IMG/VR virus record: IMGVR_UViG_3300047160_004775
Coordinates: 1,162-65,161 of that record
Strand: one strand, 5' to 3'
From: a virus
Lineage: Duplodnaviria > Caudoviricetes
DNA: 64,000 nucleotides
The notes beneath the pieces are model-generated. The model saw nothing but the letters and a program-made list of their open reading frames with translations, did no database searches and was not told the origin of the DNA. Below are positions 26,203 to 35,335 of this stretch, piece after piece. Position numbers and translations under genes: made by a program. Each line of letters opens with the position of its first letter. The first letter of the stretch is position 1.

Positions 26203-26252
26203 GATGTCGCATCGCTATCACGGTTCGGTCGCGCAAGTCACGCCCAAGGCCA

Positions 26253-27068
26253 CTAGCCCCAGATGTAGCTCACGATCACGTCGTCCACGCCGACGAGGAA
26301 CGTGAGGGGATAGGTGTGGTCCATGTACTGCCGCGGCACGGTGAGGTAGCGATCGACGTAAGATCGCGCGCCCTGGGGCTCCTGATAGACCGGAAGGATG
26401 TTGGCAGGGTGGGCGAAGTCCTGCACGAAATGCGGCCGGCGCGTGAGACGCTCGGGAAAGACCTGCGCGCCGAACGGATGGTAGGGCGTCGTCTGCAGCG
26501 GAAGCGGTGGGCCGGAGTACCACTCCCGCAACTTCTGCCAGCGGCCGTCAGGGATCGGGAGCGGGTTCTCGTAGTGTCGGCGGACGTTGAAGGGCTGCGG
26601 GACGATGACCGCGTAGGCAATGAACTTCGATGTCGCGGAATAGCCCCCCACGGCGTAGATGCGGCTCGGCGTCTGCCAGATCCAACCGGTGCGCACGCCC
26701 ACTTCCCATCGCCAGGGCTGCGGGTTCGGGAAGTCGTAGTTGTACGCCGGCAGCGCGATGACGTTCGACGTACCGGAGACCGTGGCTGTCTGGGGCGTCG
26801 GCGACGTCGAGTCCGTCGCGGTCACGGACCAGTTGTACGTTCCGACCGTCGTGCAAGTGCCAGATACAACGCCCGTCGAAGTATTAAGTGACAGGCCGGT
26901 GGGTAAGCCTGTCGCGGAATACGTGTAGGGGGCAACTCCACCGAAGGCGACGAAGATAATATTTACGACTTCGCTTAATCGGAACGTGGCGGGCAGCGAA
27001 CCGCCCAGCGACATCCCCGTCGGGATGGCGGCGACCGGAGCCGATGCTACTGGACCAAAGACGGGCAT
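26253..27068 (-). CDS. virion protein with putative Ig (He_PIG-like) domain
   Basis: GGVAPYTYSATGLPTGLSLNTSTGVVSGT motif. Confidence 0.8.
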   Translation of the reverse strand: MPVFGPVASAPVAAIPTGMSLGGSLPATFRLSEVVNIIFVAFGGVAPYTYSATGLPTGLSLNTSTGVVSGTCTTVGTYNWSVTATDSTSPTPQTATVSGTSNVIALPAYNYDFPNPQPWRWEVGVRTGWIWQTPSRIYAVGGYSATSKFIAYAVIVPQPFNVRRHYENPLPIPDGRWQKLREWYSGPPLPLQTTPYHPFGAQVFPERLTRRPHFVQDFAHPANILPVYQEPQGARSYVDRYLTVPRQYMDHTYPLTFLVGVDDVIVSYIWG

Positions 27069-27069
27069 T

Positions 27070-27747
27070 TCAGGTCGATGATCTGACTACTAGGGTGCGG
27101 TATTGGAAATGCACAGTTGCAGAGCTGTCGTTCTTATACTTGGCGGTGAACGTATTTGAGCCCGGAGTAAGTCCGGTCATGATGATACACCGGGATAGCG
27201 GGGCGTAGGCATTGGCCAGGGCGTAGGCATAGGCCGAAGCGTTGACGTCGGCGGCGGCAATCGTCGTCGCGCCCGACACTGCTATCGTCATATAGGAAGT
27301 GGTGCCTGTCGAGTTCCGATAGGTTAGCGCGCTAAACCAAATCTCAGCCGTCGTACCAGTGACAAGGGTTACGCTTGGGCCAAAAGTCGCCAAGTCGGTA
27401 TATGATGAGCTCGCGGTAGTTTCATCTGGATTGGTCACCGCGCCTGCTGAGCAAAGACCGTCCGACGATCCCTGCTCAACCGCAATGGTGGCGCTTCCTG
27501 ACAGGTTCAAAAGGCTTCCCGTCGAACTCTGGCGAAGCGTGCGGGTCATCGTCCCGCCGCCGCTCGAATAGGTGCCGTAGCCGGTCTCCCAGGCCGAGCC
27601 GTCCTCGATCAGGTAGGGATAGACCGTGCCGTTGATCGCCCCGGCCGCCGACCACGTCTGGTAGGGCAGCACGGCGAGACCGAGCGTCACCGTCCCGGTC
27701 CCTGGGGTGCTGGTGAAGACCTTCGCGCGGTCGACCGTCTGCGTCAT
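27070..27747 (-). CDS. tail fibre-like protein
   Basis: DRAKVFTSTPGTGTVTLG...YLIEDG.AWETG.GTY N-terminal adaptor; S/T-rich C-terminus. Confidence 0.75.
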   Translation of the reverse strand: MTQTVDRAKVFTSTPGTGTVTLGLAVLPYQTWSAAGAINGTVYPYLIEDGSAWETGYGTYSSGGGTMTRTLRQSSTGSLLNLSGSATIAVEQGSSDGLCSAGAVTNPDETTASSSYTDLATFGPSVTLVTGTTAEIWFSALTYRNSTGTTSYMTIAVSGATTIAAADVNASAYAYALANAYAPLSRCIIMTGLTPGSNTFTAKYKNDSSATVHFQYRTLVVRSST

Positions 27748-28770
27748 TTATGCCGCCTTCAGACCGATGTTCACCGGGAGGTCCGACCAGGGCGCGCCGG
27801 TAGTGGGGTCGACTTCCCAGCTCTGGAAGTTGTTGTTCTGCCAGGTGTAGCCCATCGCGAAGGACGAGCCCCAGAAGTCCGTCGAGCCAGAACGCACCCC
27901 AGGCTGGAACAGCGGACCACCAAAGGCTGCGATCTCTGCCCTCGCGCGGATGCCCAGAGAAGTGATCTGCCAGGACCCGGCCGGAAGCGAACCGATGGTG
28001 TACTGGTCGATCAGGCCAGAGGCCGAGGCGCCGTCGTAGGTCGAGTCGTCGATGCTGATCTTGTTGACGTGCGAAGCGGCCGGCGAGCCCACGTCGAAAT
28101 TGTGGGTGTTGCCGTTGGCGACTGGAGCGAGGGTGACGAGGCCGGCCATCCCGCGCGTGTCGGAGTCACTGACGATCACCTCGGACCAATAGATGTTGAA
28201 GGAAGAATTAAGGTAGGAATTGGAGCCAAGCTGCAGCCCGTTAACGCCGACGGTCGTTCCATCTGTCGTCACGTCCCCGACGTAGGAGAAAATCAGGGTG
28301 TTATTCTGGTAGATGTTAAGCATTCCGGTCGTAGAGTAGATTAGCTGAACGTCCATTTTCGTAACAGCGTTAGCTGGAATCCACTCCTGTCCGATGGTCC
28401 CGAGCGACGTCGCGGCCCCGGCGGCGTTTTGCTTGTAAACCGTACAGAAGGCCGCGCCGGTAGAACTGGATTCCACGCGAATTCGCGGCACCGCGCCATC
28501 GCAGATGCGCAGGATGTCGTTGGCATTGTTGTGTCCCAGGAACTGCGTCCAACACTCTGCACTGAGCCACAAGCTGGACGCGTAGGACGTGAAACTGTCC
28601 AGGGCTGACCAGAAAGCGCCGTTATGCACGCCAGGGTCCGCGTAGCCCACCAGTGCGCAGCGCGCGACACCAGAGCGAAAGGTTCCCGCAGCGGTGCTGA
28701 CGAACGAGCCGCCAGACGCTGTGAAGTCCACATCCTCGCCGCCGTAGAAGTAGAAGACCGGCGTGCTCAC
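27748..28770 (-). CDS. tail/receptor-binding-associated protein (paralog of 8291-9256)
   Basis: GGEDVDF N-terminus; WEVDPTTGAPW C-terminus; lower-GC middle. Confidence 0.75.
   Translation of the reverse strand: MSTPVFYFYGGEDVDFTASGGSFVSTAAGTFRSGVARCALVGYADPGVHNGAFWSALDSFTSYASSLWLSAECWTQFLGHNNANDILRICDGAVPRIRVESSSTGAAFCTVYKQNAAGAATSLGTIGQEWIPANAVTKMDVQLIYSTTGMLNIYQNNTLIFSYVGDVTTDGTTVGVNGLQLGSNSYLNSSFNIYWSEVIVSDSDTRGMAGLVTLAPVANGNTHNFDVGSPAASHVNKISIDDSTYDGASASGLIDQYTIGSLPAGSWQITSLGIRARAEIAAFGGPLFQPGVRSGSTDFWGSSFAMGYTWQNNNFQSWEVDPTTGAPWSDLPVNIGLKAA
27961..28174. repeat. 214-bp segment with a diverged copy at 29321-29534
   Basis: 27 mismatches by manual alignment; first 57 bp identical. Confidence 0.95.
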
Positions 28771-28783
28771 GGAGCGCGAGCTC

Positions 28784-29287
28784 CTATAGTTGTTCGTAGA
28801 TCAGGTGGGAGCCGATCGCGCCGGGCGTCCCGCCAGTGTAGGCCGACAGGCTGATCTCGCCGAGCGACGCCGCGTTGCCGTACATCCAGATCTCCTCGTC
28901 CGGCGCCGAGACCCATCGGATGATGCCCCCGAAGGCGTTGAAACTCAGGGCGAGGAGCTTCGCCGAGGAGGAGCGCTGGGGAACGGTGGTGGCGCTGATG
29001 AACGGCTGCGGCGGGCTCGAGAAGGCCGATGCGTTGTCGGTCAAGGGCGCGTCGTTCGCTGAGCCCGAGAGCGCGCTCAGAGTCGCGCCCACGGTGGAGT
29101 CCCGGGCGACGGCCATGTTGCACGGCGTTGAGCTCGAGGCCTGGCCGCCGCAGTAGATTTCCATCAGGCGGATGCGCGCGGTCGAGGAGCCGCCCTGAAG
29201 CGCCATGTAGCCCGAGTTGGTCATGTTGGTGGTGTCGGCGACGCCGACGGGCGTCCACGTCTGGTTGGAGAACGCGCGCTTAGACAT
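28784..29287 (-). CDS. virion structural protein
   Basis: 167 aa; GAAGGAGG RBS. Confidence 0.8.
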   Translation of the reverse strand: MSKRAFSNQTWTPVGVADTTNMTNSGYMALQGGSSTARIRLMEIYCGGQASSSTPCNMAVARDSTVGATLSALSGSANDAPLTDNASAFSSPPQPFISATTVPQRSSSAKLLALSFNAFGGIIRWVSAPDEEIWMYGNAASLGEISLSAYTGGTPGAIGSHLIYEQL

Positions 29288-29322
29288 GGTCGACCTCCTT
29301 CAGCCGCGTCTCGGCATACCAG
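29246..29322. repeat. 77-bp perfect direct repeat, copy 1
   Basis: Identical to 29531-29607; contains the RBS and first 14 codons of the 28784 gene. Confidence 0.97.
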
Positions 29323-29572
29323 TGATCTGCCAGGACCCGGCCGGAAGCGAACCGATGGTGTACTGGTCGATCAGGCCCGGCGTCGTAGCGCCGTCGAACG
29401 TCGAATCGTTGATGATGATCTTATTCACGTTCGACGCGGCCGGTGTCCCTACGTCGAAGTTGTGGGTGTTGCCATTGGCGACCGGAGGGAGGGTGACGAG
29501 ACCTGCCATTCCGCGCGTGTCGGAGTCGCTGACGGGCGTCCACGTCTGGTTGGAGAACGCGCGCTTAGACAT
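29300..29572 (-). CDS. chimeric 90-aa ORF (duplicated start fused to a tail gene fragment)
   Basis: MSKRAFSNQTWTPV fused in frame to a 70-aa allele of the 27748 protein; has its own RBS. Confidence 0.7.
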   Translation of the reverse strand: MSKRAFSNQTWTPVSDSDTRGMAGLVTLPPVANGNTHNFDVGTPAASNVNKIIINDSTFDGATTPGLIDQYTIGSLPAGSWQITGMPRRG

Positions 29573-29607
29573 GGTCGACCTCCTTCAGCCGCGTCTCGGC
29601 ATACCAG
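29531..29607. repeat. 77-bp perfect direct repeat, copy 2
   Basis: Identical to 29246-29322. Confidence 0.97.
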
Positions 29608-29837
29608 CGCTTGTCGATCGCCTTGGAGGCTGTGAGGTCGCCCTGGCCTTCGAGGTGATCCTCGTCCAGCGCCAGGAGGCCGATGTCCTGATCCTTGTAG
29701 ACCAGGATCTGCGGCGCGCCGGCCGGCGGCTCGGGCGCCGAGTAGTCGATCTCCCGCACGCCGGACTTCACGTCCATGCAGGTCCCGACGACGCCGTGCA
29801 CTCCACAGCGGTACTTCGTGCCGATCTTCAGCGGCAT
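29565..29837 (-). CDS. hypothetical virion-module protein
   Basis: 90 aa from MPLKIGTKY; stop overlaps the next start. Confidence 0.65.
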   Translation of the reverse strand: MPLKIGTKYRCGVHGVVGTCMDVKSGVREIDYSAPEPPAGAPQILVYKDQDIGLLALDEDHLEGQGDLTASKAIDKRWYAETRLKEVDHV

Positions 29838-30157
29838 GGGATCGTCTCCAATGCTGGAAGCCCCTTCACGACGCGCTCGTGGGCATCGTCGATCAGTTGG
29901 GCAAAGGTCCGGCACGCGCCGCCGGAAGCGACCCGGATGGCCTCGCATCCGTCACAGATCAGGTGGTCGCACGTCGGGCAGTAGGCTCTGGCCCGGGTTC
30001 TCGCGGGGTTCATCACCACCACGCCATTGCAGTGCGAGCACGTGAAGGTCGGGCACTCGGCGACGGGCGCGCAGAACAGCGGGGCCGCGTCGGCCGGCGG
30101 CGGCGCGTGTCTGTTCTCGATGAACAGCCAGCCTTCCTTGGCGCGCTGCGTCTTCAC
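29828..30157 (-). CDS. Cys-rich zinc-finger protein
   Basis: FTCSHCN...YCPTCDHLICDGC; GTGA-coupled. Confidence 0.7.
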   Translation of the reverse strand: MKTQRAKEGWLFIENRHAPPPADAAPLFCAPVAECPTFTCSHCNGVVVMNPARTRARAYCPTCDHLICDGCEAIRVASGGACRTFAQLIDDAHERVVKGLPALETIPCR

Positions 30158-30789
30158 CAGGACCGATCTCCCACAACCGCGAGGCCGAAGGGCCCCTTCA
30201 TGCCGTTCAAGTTCGTCGGCGCCACGAGATCCAGGTAGTCGACCTGTCCGCGCAGGTAGGTGTTCGCCGTCATCGCGCACACTGCTGTGGTTTGCCCCGT
30301 GTGCCAAGTCGCCGTACCGACGGGGTTTCCGTCGATGGCCAGAGTGAAGACGGTATCGGCCCCCGGCGCGGTGCCGACGACGCCCCAGCTGCGGCCCGCG
30401 GTGATCGGGATACGCCAGTTCACCGGCGACGGCGCCCGCCCCATCGTCGCGCCGAGCGTCATGGTCGAGATGTCGCCCTTGGAGAACAGAACCCCAAAGG
30501 TGTGGTCCGGGGCCTGCCGCGGCGTCGTGTAGGCCCGCATGAGCGCCTGGTCGGCGGCGTCCTGGGCGATGGATTCCGCGCCCCCCGGACCGATGGTCGC
30601 GCCGCCCGGTTGCTCTTGGACGATGATGTCGATGATGCCGCCGCCGCCCTGGATAGCCGCCCACATCAACTGCAGGAATTCCATCGCCGCCGGCGTCAGC
30701 ATCCCGTTCGCGCCGGTGAAGGGGAAGTTGAAGACCGGCGGCGGGACTGGAAACGATGCGATGACGGGGTTCTGCGGGTTCTGAGGCAT
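30154..30789 (-). CDS. tail-associated protein
   Basis: TGATG-coupled to the gp10-like gene; C-terminal beta domain resembles that of the 9253 ORF. Confidence 0.7.
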   Translation of the reverse strand: MPQNPQNPVIASFPVPPPVFNFPFTGANGMLTPAAMEFLQLMWAAIQGGGGIIDIIVQEQPGGATIGPGGAESIAQDAADQALMRAYTTPRQAPDHTFGVLFSKGDISTMTLGATMGRAPSPVNWRIPITAGRSWGVVGTAPGADTVFTLAIDGNPVGTATWHTGQTTAVCAMTANTYLRGQVDYLDLVAPTNLNGMKGPFGLAVVGDRSW

Positions 30790-32198
30790 CAGGGAAGGCC
30801 CGAGATGTCGGCGTGCGCCGCGATGATCGTCCGCGGGACCGGGTCGGAGACGTTCAGCATCCACGACATCTGGAAACCCTGGCCCTGGCTCATCCACCGC
30901 AGCCGCCGCTGGTATTCGCCGATCTTGCCCATCGACCGCCAGGGCTGCTGCATCGACCACGTCATGCCGCCGTCCTTCGATCGCTGGAGCATGATCTGCG
31001 GATCCGACCCCTGGCCGTTCGGGAGGCCGACGCCGGCCTGCACATCGAGCTCGAAGCGCGAGCAGAAGATCCGCTTGCGGTCGTGGTGCTGATTGACGGT
31101 CTGGATCTGCCCGATGATCTGGTTGCCGTACTCAGTGTAGGTGGTCCAGTCCACCACTCCGATGTCGCCGCCCTGGGTATCGCCCACCAGGAGGGTGTTG
31201 TAGGCGGCCAGCGGATAGGCGCCGCGCCAGCCGCCCAGGCTCGCGAACCCGGCGTCGAAGCTGTCGCGCTCGTGCCACTTGCCCGTCGCGATGTCATAGC
31301 AGAACGTCGCCTGCGCGGTCGGCAGGTACATGAAGATGAGCTTGTGGCCCTGGATCGTCAGGTGCGTACACACGATCGCGCTGAGGTCTGTCTCGCCGGC
31401 CAGGATCGTCTCGATGGGATGGGTGGAGACCCGGATAGGCACGTTGGCCTGCAGGCGGTAGAAAATCCGGTCGTTGGCCAGGAAAAACAGGGCGGAGTCG
31501 GCGAGCAGGATGGTGTGCGGCGAAGAGCACCCGTAGGGGATCACGCCGCCGGCGTAGCGCTGGAAGGGGAAATTCGGTGTGCCGGCGTCGTACCAGAGCT
31601 CGATGTGCGAGGTCGTGAAGACGTAGAGCAGTTGCAGGTTCTGCGCGGTGGCGACCACCTCGCCAGGCATCGCTTCGGCGCTGGCGAAGTCCAAGGCATC
31701 GTAGGTGAGGCCATCGTATAGCGCCGACAGGAACCACTCGTTCGTGCCCTTGCGGTCGAAGATGAAGTACCCGTCCATGAACGTGACGGTGTTGCAGGGG
31801 TAGAAGGCCGAACTCGTAATCGGCTGGAGGCCCGAGCCGCTCGTGTAGATCCACCCGCCAATGCCGTTCACGATGCACATCTGCTGCCCGTTGTCGGACA
31901 TCGACACCGGACCCGCGCCGGTGATCCCCGTACCGACGCGCACCGCCGTGCCGCTCGCCGAGACGCTGTAAACCTCCGAACCCTGGACGTAGTACGCCAC
32001 GTCGTTGAAGAGCCGGGATCCGCGGCTTGGCGCGGAGCCCGCCGTTCCCAGCGCTCGGATGCCCGGCGTCGAGAAGAGGGGGGCCTGCGATTTGGCGTCG
32101 GGCGGCTGGCGCTCCGTCATGAAGTTGAGCAGCCGAGAGTTGATCAACTGCGGCGCCCGGCTGCGCGCGCTCTCGATCGCCAGGAGGATTTCCGCCAC
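30789..32198 (-). CDS. packaged DNA stabilization/tail hub protein, P22 gp10-like
   Basis: 469 aa; DGYFIF, FASAE..PG, FELDVQAGVG...DPQIML..S.DGG.TWS motifs. Confidence 0.88.
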   Translation of the reverse strand: MAEILLAIESARSRAPQLINSRLLNFMTERQPPDAKSQAPLFSTPGIRALGTAGSAPSRGSRLFNDVAYYVQGSEVYSVSASGTAVRVGTGITGAGPVSMSDNGQQMCIVNGIGGWIYTSGSGLQPITSSAFYPCNTVTFMDGYFIFDRKGTNEWFLSALYDGLTYDALDFASAEAMPGEVVATAQNLQLLYVFTTSHIELWYDAGTPNFPFQRYAGGVIPYGCSSPHTILLADSALFFLANDRIFYRLQANVPIRVSTHPIETILAGETDLSAIVCTHLTIQGHKLIFMYLPTAQATFCYDIATGKWHERDSFDAGFASLGGWRGAYPLAAYNTLLVGDTQGGDIGVVDWTTYTEYGNQIIGQIQTVNQHHDRKRIFCSRFELDVQAGVGLPNGQGSDPQIMLQRSKDGGMTWSMQQPWRSMGKIGEYQRRLRWMSQGQGFQMSWMLNVSDPVPRTIIAAHADISGLP

Positions 32199-32201
32199 GC
32201 C

Positions 32202-33173
32202 CTACTCCGTGTCGTACATCCACGAGTCCATGCCGAACTGAATCGGCTCGCTCTCGCGGTCGTAGGAGGTCAGGAGGTCGAAGTAGAAGCCGGCGCGTTC
32301 CTTGATCCGGTTGTACGTGGGCTCGGGCACCGATTTGCCCGGCGTGAGCTCGAGCGCTAGGTTCCAGAGGATCGCCGAGGCCCATTCCTGCGGGAAGTCC
32401 GAGGTGTTGGTGGGGTCCACGTAGTCTTGGATCGAGCGATAGCCCGTGAAGCGCACCGCCCACGCGCTGGTGTTGGCGACCGCCCACACGTAGAGCAGCC
32501 CGGTGTCGCGCCGCGGCGAGTAGAAGAACTGCGTGGGCGTCCCCGGTGCGGTGTTCTTCTGGGGCAGATCCTCATACTCCTGACGCGACATCACCGTCAT
32601 GGGGATCTCGGTCATGCTCGACAGCGTGAGCAGCCTGGCCTTCGGGAGCTTCAGCACCCGCGGGGCGATGGACGACGGCGGATAGGCCAGCACATAGGCG
32701 CCCGACACCGCCGCGCTCGGCAGATCGGCGGCGAGCGTCACGACGTTGCCGGCCGGCGCGCCGTTGGCGGTCGTCCAGAAGGTCGCGCCGTTGGATAGGA
32801 TGACGCCGAGGTTGATGCCGCTGGTCACGAAGGCGGCGTTCTCGAGCGTGATCGTGCCTGCGCCGGCGGCCGCCGGCTGCGCAAGCGTGAGCCGGGCCCA
32901 AGAATCCGCAAGGGAGCTCTGATCGAGGGTCGTGCCACCCAACTGGTACTCGGCCTGGAGCGGCTGGAGGAACTGGATGTACTCCTCTTCCGTCCAGACG
33001 TGCAGGCCGGTCGCCTCCCAGGCCTTCACCATCGCGTTGACGGTGAACTGGCCCTCCTCGTACATCGCGGCGGTGGGCTCTTCGTCCTCGGCGATTATGT
33101 CCATCTTGATCCACGCCATGCGGATCAAGGTGGTGATCGGGGGAGTGAAGTTCGCGACGCCGCTCGTGGCCAT
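32202..33173 (-). CDS. head-tail adaptor, P22 gp4-like
   Basis: GQFTVNAMVKAW, GTPTQFFY, DFPQEWASAILWNLALEL motifs. Confidence 0.8.
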   Translation of the reverse strand: MATSGVANFTPPITTLIRMAWIKMDIIAEDEEPTAAMYEEGQFTVNAMVKAWEATGLHVWTEEEYIQFLQPLQAEYQLGGTTLDQSSLADSWARLTLAQPAAAGAGTITLENAAFVTSGINLGVILSNGATFWTTANGAPAGNVVTLAADLPSAAVSGAYVLAYPPSSIAPRVLKLPKARLLTLSSMTEIPMTVMSRQEYEDLPQKNTAPGTPTQFFYSPRRDTGLLYVWAVANTSAWAVRFTGYRSIQDYVDPTNTSDFPQEWASAILWNLALELTPGKSVPEPTYNRIKERAGFYFDLLTSYDRESEPIQFGMDSWMYDTE

Positions 33174-33644
33174 CTAGGGCTCCTGCGAGGCGGGCACGTT
33201 CATCGTGTCACGCGTGACAATGTTGCCTGCGGCCGCCGAATAGGGCAGCGGAGACGCGAGGGTAATGGCCGTCGAACTCGGCGCGCCGGAGACGGTGGTG
33301 AAGAAGTTCACCCCGTTGTCCATCATGATGCTGATCTTCACGCCGGCGTAGAACGGCGACGTGTCCTCGAGTTCCAGCATCGTGGCCCGCGCCGCCGCAG
33401 CCTCGGAGGTCTGGACGAAGACCGGCCCGATAAACTGATTGGGGGCGAGCGGCCGGGGCTCGGGCACGGACTGCTTGTCCTGCACGCCCCTGACGAGATC
33501 CTGCGGCTGGCGGGGTTCCCAGCGGGCTTCGTCGACGATGAGCCCGGTCCATTCCTTCTTCGTCCGCTCGGCGCGCGTCGGGAAGCCCGTGCGGTCGTCC
33601 GTGCGGTAGAAGGAACCCGGTCGGTAGTGAAGGTCGCGGCCCAC
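33174..33644 (-). CDS. conserved podophage virion protein
   Basis: DDRTGF...WEPRQPQDLVRGV.D.QSVPEPRP; GGGGAG RBS. Confidence 0.7.
   Translation of the reverse strand: MGRDLHYRPGSFYRTDDRTGFPTRAERTKKEWTGLIVDEARWEPRQPQDLVRGVQDKQSVPEPRPLAPNQFIGPVFVQTSEAAAARATMLELEDTSPFYAGVKISIMMDNGVNFFTTVSGAPSSTAITLASPLPYSAAAGNIVTRDTMNVPASQEP
33207..33218. repeat. palindrome GTCACGCGTGAC
   Basis: Exact copy; extends to TGTCACGCGTGACA. Confidence 0.95.
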
Positions 33645-33652
33645 AGGCTCCC

Positions 33653-34081
33653 CTAGCTCTGCGGGACGTTCTTCCGCAGGTACAGCACCAGCGACATCGT
33701 GGCGTTCGCCACGGCGCCGACCGTGGTGAGCAGGATCGAGCCTGTCGCCCCGGCCAGTCCCGCCGGCACCCGCAGACCGCCCATCCGGGCCCACAGGAAG
33801 TCCTCGGGCGCGTTGCCGAGCACGAGGATGTCCTGGTTGGCCGTCGCCTCCCATTGGACGCGGACCTTCATGTCCTGGACGTCGTAGTCGATGTTCACCA
33901 GGGTGGTGTGGATCCCCGGGTAGAACATCTGATTGCCCTGGCTGACCCCGTAGTTGCCCGAGCTCGTGGCGTCGTAGACCTTGAACCCCGACAGGCCGGA
34001 GCCGTCGGAGACCAGCGTGACCGACAGAACGACGTTGCGGTAGCCGTTGTTCTGGACGGTGATCGTCGGCGTATCGACCAT
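33653..34081 (-). CDS. virion structural protein
   Basis: 142-aa beta-rich ORF in the head/tail block. Confidence 0.75.
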   Translation of the reverse strand: MVDTPTITVQNNGYRNVVLSVTLVSDGSGLSGFKVYDATSSGNYGVSQGNQMFYPGIHTTLVNIDYDVQDMKVRVQWEATANQDILVLGNAPEDFLWARMGGLRVPAGLAGATGSILLTTVGAVANATMSLVLYLRKNVPQS

Positions 34082-34114
34082 GTGGCCTCTCCCCGGTTAT
34101 CCCGGATCCAAGGG

Positions 34115-35059
34115 TTAAACCTGCGGCTGTCCGAAGAGGCCGGTGGTCGGGTTGGTGAGGAGGGCGCTCAGCGTCGGCGCGACGCTGATGATCAGGCGCT
34201 TGGTTCCGTCGGAGGCTGACTGCACCGCATAGGTCCCGCGCACGTCCCCGGTGGTGGTGGTCGCGGGGGTGGTGGTGTCAGCGGCGGTGAACCCCGTGTT
34301 GGCCGTGATCGCGGCGCTGTCCCAGTTGACGCTCACGTCCCCGAAGTAGGTCGCCAGGATCCCGAACCCGAAGATGTCCGCCGTGCCGACCGAATAGTTG
34401 TGCGCGTCGGAGAACTGCGGCGTCACCGAGGTGATGATCTTGAAGGCCTTGGTGGAATTCACCGTATTCGCGCCGGCCGCGACGGTGATCAGCTGCGACA
34501 TCGCGAAGCCGTAGCAGTCGTAGCCCTTCACGAGGAAGTTGCCGCCGGCGCCCCCGGACACGCCGGAGATCGAGACGCAGCGGCCCACGTTGGTCGACCG
34601 GCTGTAGAAGCCCGTCCAGAAGCCCTGCGAGGTGCTCGGGGGCCCGAACATATGCACCGAGGGCCGCCCCTCGATGCAGCACCCAGCAGAGAGGCTCAGG
34701 CCTGGCACAGGGAAGAACGCCGGCGCCGAGGTGCTCAGCACCGTGATACCCGAGCCCGTCGCGCTCACGAGGGTCATGGGCGTGCCGCTCACCGCGTTCG
34801 CCAGCGCGGCGATATTCGCGGTGGCCGCGGTGGAGGGCACGAAGTTGCAGACCATCGGGTCGGCGGCGCCGTACCAGCCGATGATGCCCGGCATCGTGGG
34901 GCTCGAGCCGCGCTTGTTGTAGGGCAGACGGTGGTCTTGGATGCCCGAGGCCAGGAAGTCGAGGCTCGGCGCGGCGTTCAGCGGGAAGCCCGACTCCGAA
35001 GAGGCGAGACGTTGCAGGGCGCGGTGCATTGGCGCCCAGAGAGTCGAAACAGCGCCCAT
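34115..35059 (-). CDS. virion structural (decoration-like) protein
   Basis: 314 aa, T/S/G-rich; first gene after the capsid terminator; AAGGAG RBS. Confidence 0.75.
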   Translation of the reverse strand: MGAVSTLWAPMHRALQRLASSESGFPLNAAPSLDFLASGIQDHRLPYNKRGSSPTMPGIIGWYGAADPMVCNFVPSTAATANIAALANAVSGTPMTLVSATGSGITVLSTSAPAFFPVPGLSLSAGCCIEGRPSVHMFGPPSTSQGFWTGFYSRSTNVGRCVSISGVSGGAGGNFLVKGYDCYGFAMSQLITVAAGANTVNSTKAFKIITSVTPQFSDAHNYSVGTADIFGFGILATYFGDVSVNWDSAAITANTGFTAADTTTPATTTTGDVRGTYAVQSASDGTKRLIISVAPTLSALLTNPTTGLFGQPQV

Positions 35060-35257
35060 GGCGCATCTCCTTCAGCTACACCAACTCGACGCGCGGCGCG
35101 CGCCCGGGTGGACCCAATGTCAGGAAATGCCGCGCCCTCTGCCTCGCGCGACTGGCGACGCCTGTTATGGGGCTGAACCGGGCTGGCTGGCAAGGGGGGG
35201 TTCCGACCTGATCCCGAGCCGCCGGCTCGATGCCTCGCGCGTAGGCGACGGTCAAGC

Positions 35258-35285
35258 AAAAGGGCCCTGGGTTGCCCCAAGGCCC
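35258..35285 (-). terminator. intrinsic terminator after the major capsid gene
   Basis: GGGCCTTGGG-GCAA-CCCAGGGCCC-TTTT on the - strand. Confidence 0.8.
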
Positions 35286-35335
35286 TCCTGCCAGAACCTG
35301 CGTGCGTTCGAAGCCCGCAGGATCAGCCTATCAGC

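Noticed and set aside
27961-29534. DGR template/variable repeat pair
   Set aside because: Mismatches involve all four bases and are largely synonymous rather than adenine-specific; no reverse transcriptase gene was seen
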